From: Kudoa neothunni
Taxonomy: Eukaryota; Animalia; Cnidaria
Reading direction: 5' to 3'
Length of the DNA: 34,122 nucleotides
Assembly (NCBI GenBank): GCA_964304625.1
Contig: OZ199840.1
Location: 1 to 34,122 of the forward strand
Shown: positions 1 through 10,956 of the stretch, piece after piece
Layout of the letters: the number at the start of each line of letters is the position of its first letter
How positions within the stretch are numbered: position 1 is the first letter of the stretch
Notes under the pieces: generated by a model
Seen by the model: only the letters and a program-made list of their open reading frames with translations
Told to the model about the DNA's origin: nothing
Databases searched by the model: none
Position numbers and translations under genes: made by a program

Positions 1-173
1 TATGCGCATGGATTAAATTTAAAATCATAAAATATTCTCGTTTTTCTGCATTGATTATTAGTTCAACATTTGTTGTTTAATGAATTAAAACTGAATCATT
101 TTTATTAATATAAAAATAGAAAAATGTTGACGTCAACGCTGAATTTTATTCTAGTCCTTTAAAATAAAAATAA

Positions 174-497
174 TCAAATGATGACAATACACTTGTATTT
201 TACGGTAGCGTTTAATTTCTTGATGAATAAAATTATTGCGCAATATCCACCTACACAATAACAGTTGTTGACTGTATTCACAAAGTTAGCCGTTACTAGA
301 CTGGAGTTGTTACCAAATTTAATGGAAAAGCGCATGCTTTCTTCCAACCCACACATTGGGAAACCCTTCTCCTTAAAACATCTTCAAAAATTGTTTAGTG
401 CTAAAAGATAAATTTTTTATATTAAAATATAGATTCAAACTACAGGACGTAAATTTTTCATTGTATTTTTGATGTGAGTCTACCTGTGATGATTAAC
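174..497 (-). pseudogene. Possible exon remnants of a disrupted host gene (continues at 3217-3247 on the far side of the hAT)
   Basis: GC-richer, exon-like blocks separated by an AT-rich GT..AG segment (~401-442). The joined frame reads ..HQKYNEKFTSSLNNF*RCFKEKGFPMCGLEESMRF.. with in-frame stops. No family recognised. Confidence 0.25.
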
Positions 498-505
498 CCA
501 TATAG

Positions 506-3208
506 CAGGACAGGGCAGGGCAGGCCAAACCATGGCTCTTTGAACGTTAGGGTGTGGCTCTCGAAAAAAAAATTCATTGATTCAAAATTTTTAAAATTCA
601 ATAAGCGCTTTAATTTAGAAAAATTAAAAGTTTGAACTATTTAATCGACTGAAGAAATGAACTTTTTAATTGTAACCTAGATAGTATTTTTGGCTTGGAA
701 ACGTAATTACGGACATTTATATAGTTTCAGTATTTGATTCAAGCTAGAATTATTATTAGTTTTGTTAGGAAATACAATTGTAACTAATGTCTTTCCATTA
801 TCATAGTGATGGATATCGTAAGAATAAACACGCGTTAAAGCTTGAAAAGAGAAGGTGGACAAGTGGAAATGAGAATGGTCTCACGCTGGCTCCTTGGTTA
901 GTCTATAAATGACCCAACTCGTCCCTCGGTGCAATTCAAATAACTCGGAACGTGCTGTCTTGTAGCTGTGCAAATTATTTGTTAGAATTGGAGCTTAAGT
1001 GATAATTCAAATTTAGTTATTGTATTAAAAAATTTATGGATTCTTTAAATAAAAAAAGAAAATATGATGACGACAAAAGAATATTCAACCCAGAACGGGG
1101 AAAGAATTTGCCTTTATCGTAATGGGGGGGGGCAAGCCATGTGTATTATTTGCAATCTGTTCGTAAGTGACAACAAAGCTTCTAACCTGAAACGACATTA
1201 TGAGAAAAATTATGGGAACTTTTCTCGTGATTATCGTTGTAAGTCTCAAATAAAAACCAATAAGGTATGTTCTTTAAAGTCATCATTAAATAAACGCCGG
1301 TCACTTTTGACGACATTATCCGCCGAATTTCTCTAGCAACTGAAGCTAGTTTTATTATTTCGTGGAATATCTCTCGCGCAATACGTTCATATTCTGATGG
1401 AGAATTCGTCAAGAAGAATATTGCTGAAGTTATTGCAGTTTTAGATCCCAACAACGAAAGACTTCAACGTTTCATAAAACAAACACCAGTTTCTCGTCAC
1501 ACAATGGAAAAGCGAATCTCTCAAATAAGTGCTGATGTTCGCGATAAACTAAAAAATGATTTGAAAAATTCGTTTGCTTTTAGCTTAGCTCTTGACGAAT
1601 CAACGGACAACGGACATTTAAGAAAATTCCCAATTGGTCATATTCATTCTCTATGTTTTATATGACCTAACTATTAAGGAGGATTTGTTGGATTTGGTGG
1701 CATTGAAAGAAACTACTCGTGACAATTACGTTTAAAATGCACTTTATACAACCTTAGCAAATGCTGGCGTTCAGTTATGTAATCTCCTTAGCGTTTCGAT
1801 AGATGGAGCTCCTGTGATGGTAGGTAAGAACGTAGGCTTAATTGCACTCATGAACAATGATCCAAGGTTTGGAAAACTTATCCCCATACATTACATTATT
1901 CATTGCAAACATCTGATTGCGAAATACTTCAAATATGAAGATGTGATAAAGTGTGTACTCGAAATTGTCAATTATATACGATCAAATCGGAAGACTCGTC
2001 GATAAGCAGAAATTTTGTTGATAAACCTAACGACGTGTCATTCTACTGTATTGTGAGATGACTGCCAACTAGCAATGTGTAGAATAGGTTTGTCTAGCTT
2101 TTAGAACTGATTAGTTTATTACTTAAAGAGAAGAACAAATCATACCCTCAACTTGAAAATAATCAATGGCTCTACGACATGATGTTTTTTACTGACAAAT
2201 GAATCATCTTCAAAATCTCAATTTAGTATTTCATGGGAAGAAAAAATTGGTTTCGGATTTTGTTCAAACAGTTTTCAGCTTCGAGAATAAATTACGAGTT
2301 TTCCATCGAGACATTATATCACAGAATATCAAGGAACTTCATTTATTTTCCAAATCTCAATAGACAACGAAATTTATTCCCTAATGATGTAATACAAAAT
2401 GAGAAATTGGAAGAATATAGCTGCAAATTATAACAACTTATGAACGACTTTAATGATCGTTTTGATGATTTACAGAAACTGAAACTATGCTTTATGTTCC
2501 TCATCAACCTATTTGTGATCGATGTAGTTAATGATGGTTGTAAAAATCTTGAACCACTGGTCATCGATTATTCAACTGTGGAAATGGAACTAATGGATTT
2601 TCAAGATGATCTGGCTTTAAAGATGATTCATAACTCCAAGTCGCCACTAGAATTTTGGAAAAACTTATCAGGAATGAAATATCCAAAATTAAAAGTAATG
2701 ATTATCAAACTTATTTCTATTTATGGAACAACTTATTGTTGTGAATCCCTTTATTCTACGACGAAGTTTGTGAAATCGAAGCATCACGGATCCCTCACCA
2801 ACAAACACCTGACGGAATTAATTCGCACGGCTTTAACAGCATATGAACCAGATTTCCGTCAGCACACTGATAATATGGAAAATATTTTATTATTTTTGCG
2901 GCCTTTTTCAAAAAGAAAACATTTTTTGGATCATTCACTGCTAATATACTTTTCTTGAAAAACTATTATGAATTATACCAATAAAAATTATATATAAGTT
3001 TTCCAATGATTAACTGAATAAGAAAATAATTTAAAAATCTTTATTTATAATTCTACAAAATTTTACATTAGGATGTGTCAAAGGTTTCAAGAAGTGTAAG
3101 TTTTAAAAAAGGAAGAGATACAAAAAACTTTTTTAACACCTTGCGGCTCTTTTAAATATAGGCGCTCTTAAAGTTGCCTCCCATTCTAGGCAAGGCTGGC
3201 CACCTCTG
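506..3208 (+). mobile_element. hAT DNA transposon, Buster/SPIN (GTF2IRD2-like) group, full length but decayed
   Basis: 8-bp TSD ccaTAtag (498-505) / ctaTAtag (3209-3216) has the central TA typical of Buster elements. Imperfect TIRs: left cagga-caggg-CAGGGCAGGCCAAAC, right (reverse complement) CAGAGGTGGCCAGCC. Internal transposase relic. Confidence 0.9.
1036..2958 (+). pseudogene. GTF2IRD2/Buster-like hAT transposase, frameshifted and with stops
   Basis: Start MDSLNKKRKYDDDKRIFNPE. Zn finger CIIC..NLKRHY. Catalytic region LALDESTD, SIDGAPVMVG, HYIIH (CxxH decayed), VR*L (RW), and C-terminal FWK..YPKL..YGTTYCCESLYS. Spread over several frames. Confidence 0.92.
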
Positions 3209-3334
3209 CTATATAGCCTTGGCACCTTTTCTCATTGAGTTACAGAGCTATAATTTTATAAATACTTTCAAAATACATTTGTAAATGATATATTTTAAAA
3301 TAAAAGAAACATCGTTGTTTTAAAATACTCTTTA

Positions 3335-3368
3335 ATATGTTGCGTTAACGCAACATATAGTCTATATG
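3335..3368. repeat. Perfect 24-bp palindrome plus an overlapping 7-bp-arm inverted repeat
   Basis: atatgttgcgtt|aacgcaacatat (3335-3358) and catatag-t-ctatatg (3354-3368), read directly from the sequence. Confidence 0.9.
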
Positions 3369-4029
3369 GGTAAAGTCAGTTATTATTATTAGATTTAATA
3401 AGACGTAGATTAACATAACATTAATCTTCAGTTATTCACTAAATTTTATAAGAATTAATAATAAAAATATAATTTTATTATTTGCTTGAAATCATATAAT
3501 TGAGAAATGGCGTTAAAAATAAATTTCTATGATATTCGACATCATCAATAATTCAAAAATACCAAAAAATAACAATTGCTAGTTGACTCCAAAAGAAAGT
3601 ATATAAAAAATTGGAAAAAAGTTTTAATAAGATGAATATAAATATCGTAATACGTTAGATGTTATTTGTTGTAAATAAATGAAACCCTAACGGAACACAG
3701 TTCCAAAAAACTCAAATATTGATCACGATGTACATAAATTAAACCCAAATAATATCCAAAATACTGTAATTAACGTACTTGAATGTTTTATTAATAAATT
3801 TTATTTGTGCACATTATTGATTCACTAATAGTTAATAATATGTTGGTTCGGCAGATAAAAAACGTACTAGCCACGCATGGACTGCTGTAATATGTATTTC
3901 ACTGTCTACTCATAAGTAAAAATGCATTCAAAGTTATTCGAAAAAGTCAAAACGAACAAATATTTTGTAGGCAATATGCAAAGTCAAAATTATGTTACTA
4001 GTATTGTTAAAAGTTCGGCATATTTCATC

Positions 4030-6245
4030 CTAAAGATCATTGAATAATCTTTGTGAAAACTTGGAACTTTTCTTGTAAACCAAAAACAATAGAAAACACT
4101 GCATAACCAACAAAAAAATGGATAGTATTCCAGTAGCTGCAATAAGGACGTGTTTCCTTCTAATAAACAAGACGGTTTTCAGTCTAATTCCTCGATATTG
4201 GTAGAGTCGTCCAACAATTTTAGACTCATCGATAGTCGTGGTAGGTTCAAGTATAATATCAGCACTTGTTGTGTACAGTGTTGATTTTATTGTAGTAATC
4301 TCTTGCGTTTGTGAGCTTTCCTCTTTTGATAATGAAACTGAATCAATGGACTGCACACTTTCTCTATAACATAATCAGTTTAAAAAATTCAATATTTTTA
4401 CTTTATCATTTTTTCTTCATCCAAGAATAGGGATCCATACAAAGGGTCAACAAACAGATACACATTACCTGTTTGATGATTAACTAGAGGCCTAAACACA
4501 GTTATGGATGAAGGTTGGATGTATGGTTTAATATACGTACTTTAGCGCAATATTTATAATCACATTCGATTCCGTCATAATAGGACTAAATAACAATGTA
4601 AGTATTATATTCAAAAGAATGCATCTATCGACAATATCTTCCATTGACTAAATAGTTTTATATTTTTTGAAAATATAGATTTTCTTACAGCCACTGATTT
4701 GATGTGATCAATCAAACAATAAATATTTAACTGATCAGTTAAAAAGTTTTTCATTTCTTCGTATGTATGTTCATTCAATATCAAAAAATCATTATAGATC
4801 TATATAATATGTATTTTAAACATAGTAATTTATTATCACATAAATTTTGTCAATATCCTTGGTAAATAAATTTTTGGTGAAAGACGCCAAATTACAGTAT
4901 GATTCTGTTGGACAAATCACTTTATTGTGAAAAATTGAATACAATAGACTAACGCATTCGATCATGTTATATTCTCCAACAAAAGTAATTTTAAATTTGA
5001 GACGGGGCTTCTCCGTACAGATTGATTGTATCATTGTGTTGTCAATATTTTCGCTGTGTCCATTTGGATAGCATGGATGAATCATCTTTTCCAGTGAAGG
5101 ATCGATGTTTGATTCCTTCTCCTTCTGTTTTTTAAAATATAAATATTCCCAGATAAATTATTGTTTACTTTGAATAATTTATTATAGGTCTCAAATAGTA
5201 TCTCGAAAACCGACAAGCAGTAAAAGGTATTCACAAACGCCGTGTACTTCGTGCCCCCTATGTAAAATTCCCTCACCATTATTTTATCGTATAGATTTGG
5301 AGATTTTGTTATGAATCCTATGGAAAAATCGGTATTGGATATGCTGATGAATGGCGTGGATTTTAATGCCTTAAAAATATTATTTATGTGGTGATAAATC
5401 GTACTCGTTACTCCGGCTTCAAAATCATAATTATGTTGCAGCAAGGAAATTAATCCACCACTTTGTTCATTAAGTTTGATTTGATTTTTTAATATTATTT
5501 TCAAATTCTCCAACTGAGATTCTTTTTCAGCGTGGTAATTCAGAATTTGTTCGTATTCCTCTTCAGAGAATCTAAAATATAATTTATAATTGATTTTCTA
5601 GATTTATGTACATATATTTGTATTCAACATGGAAAATCCTGTGCACAATTACTTCATTTTTCTCAACAGTATCCCATCCACACTGATCAGCGGCCGATTT
5701 CACATACCACACGATATTCCAATCACCTATTAGAGTTAACTCATCCAAAATCATTGCATGTAGCAATTTTCAATCACAATATAAATATGTATATATTTTT
5801 GTTTAGATACAAAATAAACAATCAAGAGAATGTCTACACTATCATGACGCGTTAATTATTTTAATGAAAATATATATTTAATAATAATTAGTTATATAAT
5901 GATTTTTATTATTTTATCGTTTAGTAAGAGGAAGTCGATGTTATATTTCATTTTCAGTAATATATTCAATATTAAAAAATAAGTTACTTAAACATATGGA
6001 ACTCTCTACATTGAGTTTCTCTACCGAATACAAATCATATTGTTGGATTGGAACTCTCTCATAGCAAATAAAGATATTTTCTGAAGTATCCATGATTATC
6101 AAAAGTCCATACTTTCAATTAAAATAAAAAGTTAATTTATGATCAACAATACAAAAGCTACTTGTTTGATTGCTTTGTTGTTTGATATCACAAACTTGTT
6201 TAATAATAAGTTCACCAAGAAAATATAGGAAAACAAATGCTTCAT
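4030..6245 (-). CDS. Divergent GDA1/CD39 (ecto-NTPDase/apyrase)-fold type-I membrane protein, probably catalytically dead, ~550 aa
   Basis: Hand-built model with phase-compatible GT-AG introns. Exons 6245-6162, 6111-5988, 5726-5612, 5571-5169, 5124-4840, 4799-4689, 4647-4541, 4491-4402, 4363-4030 total 1653 nt with no internal stop. Signal-peptide-like MKHLFSYIFLVNLLLNKFVIS. CD39-like blocks: FYIGGTKYTAFVNTFYCLS (cf. LYGKDYNVYTHSFLCYG), HPCYPNG, SICT, ICPTESYC, DRCILLNIILTLL. S/T-rich stalk and C-terminal TM VLIAATGILSIFLLVMQCFLLFLVY. An in-frame 42-nt GT..AG stretch in exon 4 may be an extra intron. Confidence 0.8.
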
Positions 6246-6685
6246 GACGTAAACCAATCGATTAGCGATATCTTAGTAAACAAACTTAATCGAAGGTGAA
6301 TTATTGGCACACGAATTAAAGATTAACCCAAATCCATACATTTTTGGGAAAGCAATAATCAAATATTCGTGTTTCTAATTCTCATTTGATTGGGGAAATT
6401 TACAGGTAAATCATATTAATAACGTTTTCGTTTAATAAAGAATAAACATTTTTATTATTGGAAATTATGTTTTATTTTACATCTAAAGATTGTTACTATC
6501 ATCTTTATTGTAATTAAAACAATGTTACACTGAAAACTTTGAAAATCATTGATTATATAATATGAAAGTATTATTTTATGGCCAATATCATCACATCTTT
6601 AGACTTCAATCGATTACATCGCTTTACATCTGGCAAAAAATATCTAATCCAACTATTTAATCACAACTAATTCCTAATTTTTGGT

Positions 6686-6693
6686 TGACGTCA
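6686..6693. promoter_or_regulatory. Consensus CRE/ATF site TGACGTCA ~440 bp upstream of the NTPDase-like gene
   Basis: Exact motif match only; a second copy lies in the 12-bp palindrome gttgacgtcaac at 126-137. Function is unproven. Confidence 0.2.
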
Positions 6694-7147
6694 TCTCTGT
6701 TTTTTATCTCTAATTACCAAATACTTGACTTACGCTACATGTAAATTCAGCTATTCATTGTAGTTCAATATTTTATTATAAAGTTTTAATCACTTGATTA
6801 CGAATATTCGAGACCTATTTCACAAACTCGTTATTTAGTATAAAAGAGACAATAATATATATTTGTCGGGTTATATACAACGTAAAAAATAAACTTTCTT
6901 AAATTTTTTACAATTTTCCAAAATAATTCAATTAGATGCATTTTGATTATTAATTTGAAGAATAAGGGGAATGGCTATATCTCAGGTACCTGATAACCCG
7001 ATAATCCGATCGCGTTCAAGTTATATCTCAGAGAATGAATATCTCTAGAACTACAGTGTATACTTTATTCATATTATTTAATATTTAAGTAAATTAATAT
7101 TTTGTTAGTTTCGGATAAATTTGAAAAAGAACAAACTTTTAGTAATG

Positions 7148-7562
7148 TTTTTTTTGTTTACAAGATAAAACCTCTGGCGCAACTTATTAGGTTGTGGAAT
7201 TCTGGTTGGTTAGGTCTTTTCCAATAACGCTTTAGACACCGCAGGACGTAACATGAAACCCCGTCGTTTATGTTTATGCGGTAATGTGGGACTTTAACCC
7301 AATAAACAACCTCGTCTTTGGGCGACCACCATTCCAAACCCTATCCTTTTAAGGGCGTTGGCTCTGTGAGGTCTGCAAATTACTATCCTTTCGATGGGTT
7401 CTGAAGAATTAAACTCCTGTTCACGTTCACCACACTTCACAGCGAGCGTACACTTTAACCACAGCTCCCAAATATGGGATAGAGGCCCACCGACGGAATA
7501 GAACCCCTTACCTCAAAGTTCTGAGTCCGAGTGCCACGCCGATATGCCATCTGTCCTCGGCT
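7148..7562 (-). mobile_element. tRNA-derived SINE (415 bp)
   Basis: Perfect 13-bp TSD acttttagtaatg (7135-7147 and 7563-7575). Minus-strand head has A-box TGGCATATCGG, an anticodon-arm-like TCGGA-CTCAGAA-CTTTGA and B-box GGTTCTATTCC. GC-rich body and 3' A-tail (..tgtaaacAAAAAAAA). Confidence 0.9.
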
Positions 7563-8029
7563 ACTTTTAGTAATGCAACCATCCGAATTCCATCAATAAT
7601 CTAGTGTACATGTCATATTTTATTAAATATTTAAACAAGAAAATCATTGTTCCATTATTAGATCGGTCGATATAAATATTTTTATCGTAGAAGTAATTTT
7701 AACGCACATTGTATTCTTTCGGAATGGCGTGCTAAAAGATGAGTTTCTGGCATGTTTATATATGGAATGTGGTTTATTGCTTTCAAAGATCTGTATATCG
7801 GCGAAATAATATATGAATATTTACAATTAGAGAATCATAAACATTATCCTTCTATCATAAAATGTATTGTATTAATCGGTGAAAAATGTCATATTTCGAC
7901 AAAGGCTTTTAAATGTAGGTCCTATATTAAAAAATAATAAATAAAATGTTTCGACTATTATTGACGGGGAAAAAAATTAAAAGTAAAAGTATTCGGACGA
8001 AAATTAAAATAAAGTACAATTTTAACGAC

Positions 8030-9927
8030 GATATTGCGTAACTCAACTTCTGAGTAATTTGGGGGTTTGTTGGTGAATCATTAAGATCCATTAGCCTGCC
8101 TACTGGGAAAAATAACTAGGAATCATTATGACGTTTTTATCGTTCGTTTCCTAAATAAATGTGACTGTATTTTGGTGAATGAAATTTTTAAAATTTAATA
8201 TAGATGGAGATATATATGGCAATAAATAAAATGGAAATATTTTCCGATAGAATTAAAATCACTATGTTTAGAAACCTCACTCCGAAATTCGTTTGAACTC
8301 AATTTTGTGACGTGTTTACACCCTAAAAATTGATTCCAATTTATTTTGTTGATGAGCCCGTATTCTTTCTCAGCGAATTCGTTCTTAAATGAATTTTCTG
8401 GCACCATATGAAATTGAGATTTGATGTTTGGATTTAATACGTAGGTTGGTTTTAAAAGTAACTTTTTTATTTTCTCGTATGAATTTAAAGCCATAGCGCT
8501 TAATTCACCTCATATTTTTACCAGACATCTCTTAGCTTGGATTTTAGCTTCCAATTCTGAAGTTAATTCCTTGAATTTAAACCCATAATCGATTTCACTC
8601 AAGTGTTTTAGCAGATTCAGATGATTGTATATTTTTGAATTAAGAGATTTCCCAATAAATTAACTTTATCGGTTGCAATCTGTGGATCAATAAATTCCAT
8701 TTGAAATAGCCTGTTTTTTTCCTTCAGTAGTTTTTCAATGAGAGACACAAAAATGAACAGCTTCTTATATTCAGTATTTTTTAGGAGGTCAGGGTTAATT
8801 TGTGCTTTATATTTTTGATTAACTTAGAGTTCGGGTGAGATACTTGTAAGCTTGCTTGAATCGTCCCCAAAATTAGACATTGCGCAACTAGCAAAAACAA
8901 TACTGATTATACAATAATAACTAATGGGAACTAAGTGCTTTAATGTATCTCAAGCGAATATAGGATGAATAGAGATGACGTCGCACAATCCAGAACTAGG
9001 TAAGTAGTAACATACTGTGCTTATAAATACGCATAAGTATATTTGCATAGTTTTGTAAGCACGAATAAATTATTAATCACCTAACAATACTTATAAAATA
9101 TTGAACAAGAATGTCCAAATTATTGATCGGACGCTCAATTATTTCACTTCTATAAAGCCATCTTGTTTGAATGTACATTTTAAATGGTGGATTCGCGCCA
9201 TCAAATTATCTGAAACGGACGACTCTACAAAGTTTTCAAAATGTTTCAAATATTCCATTTTTCTCTTTTTGCTCTTCTTGAACCATTTTGGAATATTTTT
9301 CAAAATACCACTGGTGTTTGGTGGAAGTTCAGAAAACGCTTCTTCAGCAACTTTGTTGAGCGAATGGCAGAGACAATAAATCGAGTTACATTTGGATTTT
9401 TATTAAGTATTCGAGTCCAAACACTAATATTTATCCCGATCATAACAGCAGCTCCATCAGATCCATATCCTACTAAATTCTTGTAGTTTAGTCCAAATGA
9501 TGCAATCGAACTATCAAGGCTGTTAAAAATGTTTTGGCGTCTGTTCTTTCAATTTCCTCAATTTCAAGCAATCGAGTTACAACTGTTTTCTCCACAATAG
9601 AATAGAATAAAACGACTATGCACAAGTGAGTTTTTATATTTATGTCTGACCATTCATCAATTAAAATTTAAAATGGTTGATCCTCTAAGCCATATTTCAA
9701 TTTCACCTTAATTGATTTTGATATTACCTTAATATAAAAATAAAATAAGTAAAAATTAGTTCATATACATTATTGATGATAACAGAACATTTGGTGTGAT
9801 GAATATTAAGTCTTTCCAAGATTTGAACAGTCTGTATTTATACACATAACTTGTTTCATAAAATTCCTAAATGGTCCACTGCTACAATAGGAGTATGCAT
9901 TGCAATTAATCCCGAGAATCGTATTTC
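8030..9927 (-). pseudogene. ZNF862-like hAT transposase relic, 5' part cut by the Gypsy insertion
   Basis: Minus-strand motifs in order: IAMHTPIVAVDHL, IHHTKCSVIINNV, ILIDEWSD, VGYGSDGAAVMIG, IQTRWLYR, then a C-terminal EFRSEV region. Many stops and frameshifts; no termini found; left boundary approximate. Confidence 0.85.
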
Positions 9928-10100
9928 TGATATTTTGGTGTCAACGGATGTTTTTGATTTGGAAACATATTTGTTTTCATATATTTTTGATAAGTTCGTT
10001 CTAGATTTAATATCGGTATGTCTCTTAGAACCTAGAATAGAAATTTTATTATTGTCGTTGTTATTGTTGCTTTTAGTGTATCTTTCTTGCGTCCGCAATA
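9928..10100 (+). repeat. Putative 5' LTR of the Gypsy element
   Basis: Starts TGATATTTTGGT (10/12 match to TGTTATGTTGGT after the PPT) exactly where hAT homology stops. Ends ..gcaata one base before the PBS. Confidence 0.6.
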
Positions 10101-10101
10101 C

Positions 10102-10112
10102 TGGCGACGAGG
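10102..10112 (+). other. Primer-binding site of the Gypsy element
   Basis: TGGCGACGAGG immediately upstream of gag; TGG complements tRNA CCA and this PBS form is common in Mag-like elements. Confidence 0.8.
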
Positions 10113-10130
10113 ATTCTTACAAACCTACCT

Positions 10131-10950
10131 ATGTTTTTTCCTAATAAGGAGGGTTGGATTTGCTTCATGGGACGGTTTTCATGCTTTGTTGAGACCAATG
10201 GAGTTGAAACGGAAAGGCAGAATAGCCTGTTACTTTCTATCATGCATGTTCCAACTTATGGAGTGCTGAACACTCCAAACATCCCGATGAAACTAACAAT
10301 ACCTGAAATTACTAATTAGATGAGCGAACACTTCGATACTAAGACTCTTGTTATTTCGGAACGGTTCACTTTCTGGAAAACCGAACAAGATGACAATGAA
10401 TCTGTCGCTGAATATATTATACTAAGAAGAATGCGTGCAAAATGTGAGTTAGGCTCATTCTTGAAGGAGGCTCTCAGGGATAAATTTGTTGGAGGACTTA
10501 AGAGTGAATTAGCAAACGCACAGCAATTACTCCTTGCGGAAAATAATGTAACATTTGTAAGAGCTATTGAATTAGCTTCTGCCCAAGAAGCAGCAATGTT
10601 ACAGCAGCGAAAGAGGCTGAATGAAAATATTGGAAAAATTTACAATAGAAACACTGGTGGTAATCGAGAGAATAATGATGAAATTTCACCAAAATGTTAC
10701 AGATACAACGGACCCAACGATCCGAAGAAATGCAAATTTATGGACGCAAATTATTACAATCGTGGGAAGACAGGCCACATAAATGGAACCTGCAGGAAGC
10801 GAATTACAACTATGAATGTTAAAACTGTTATTATAAATGACAATAATGAAAAACATTTGAATGAAATTAACCATGTGGCGCCTTTATTTATGCGGGTTAT
10901 GATAGACCAAAAATTTATCAAATTGGAGATTGATACAGATCCCCTTTACC
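10131..10950 (+). pseudogene. gag: Gypsy gag and start of aspartic protease
   Basis: HFDTKTLVISERFTFWKTEQDDNESVAEY..LKEALRDKFVGGL, two decayed Zn knuckles (CYRYNGPNDPKKC, YYNRGKTGHINGTC) and protease LEIDT(D). Confidence 0.88.
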
Positions 10951-10956
10951 TTATTG

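Noticed and set aside
330-505. Resemblance of NEKFTSCS..RCFKEKGFPMCG to the ADAM10/17 metalloprotease-disintegrin junction
   Set aside because: No following EECDCG motif or upstream HExxH, and the spacing needs a frameshift; too weak to call.
6985-7060. ataacccg/ataatccg repeats and ..ctacagtgta as a pogo-like MITE end
   Set aside because: No partner TIR or clear TSD was found.
7250-7410. CTGAAGA and GAAAC in the SINE body as a hammerhead ribozyme core
   Set aside because: The motifs are antisense to the SINE, ~140 nt apart, and no three-stem arrangement could be built.
7480-7562. Functional tRNA gene
   Set aside because: The acceptor stem does not pair well, and the sequence is the head of a TSD-flanked, A-tailed SINE.
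7752-7937. Short ORF, plus the many antisense ORFs in the track overlapping TE relics and the large gene
   Set aside because: No recognisable motifs or splice support; the overlapping ORFs are shadows of coding sequence on the other strand or in another frame.
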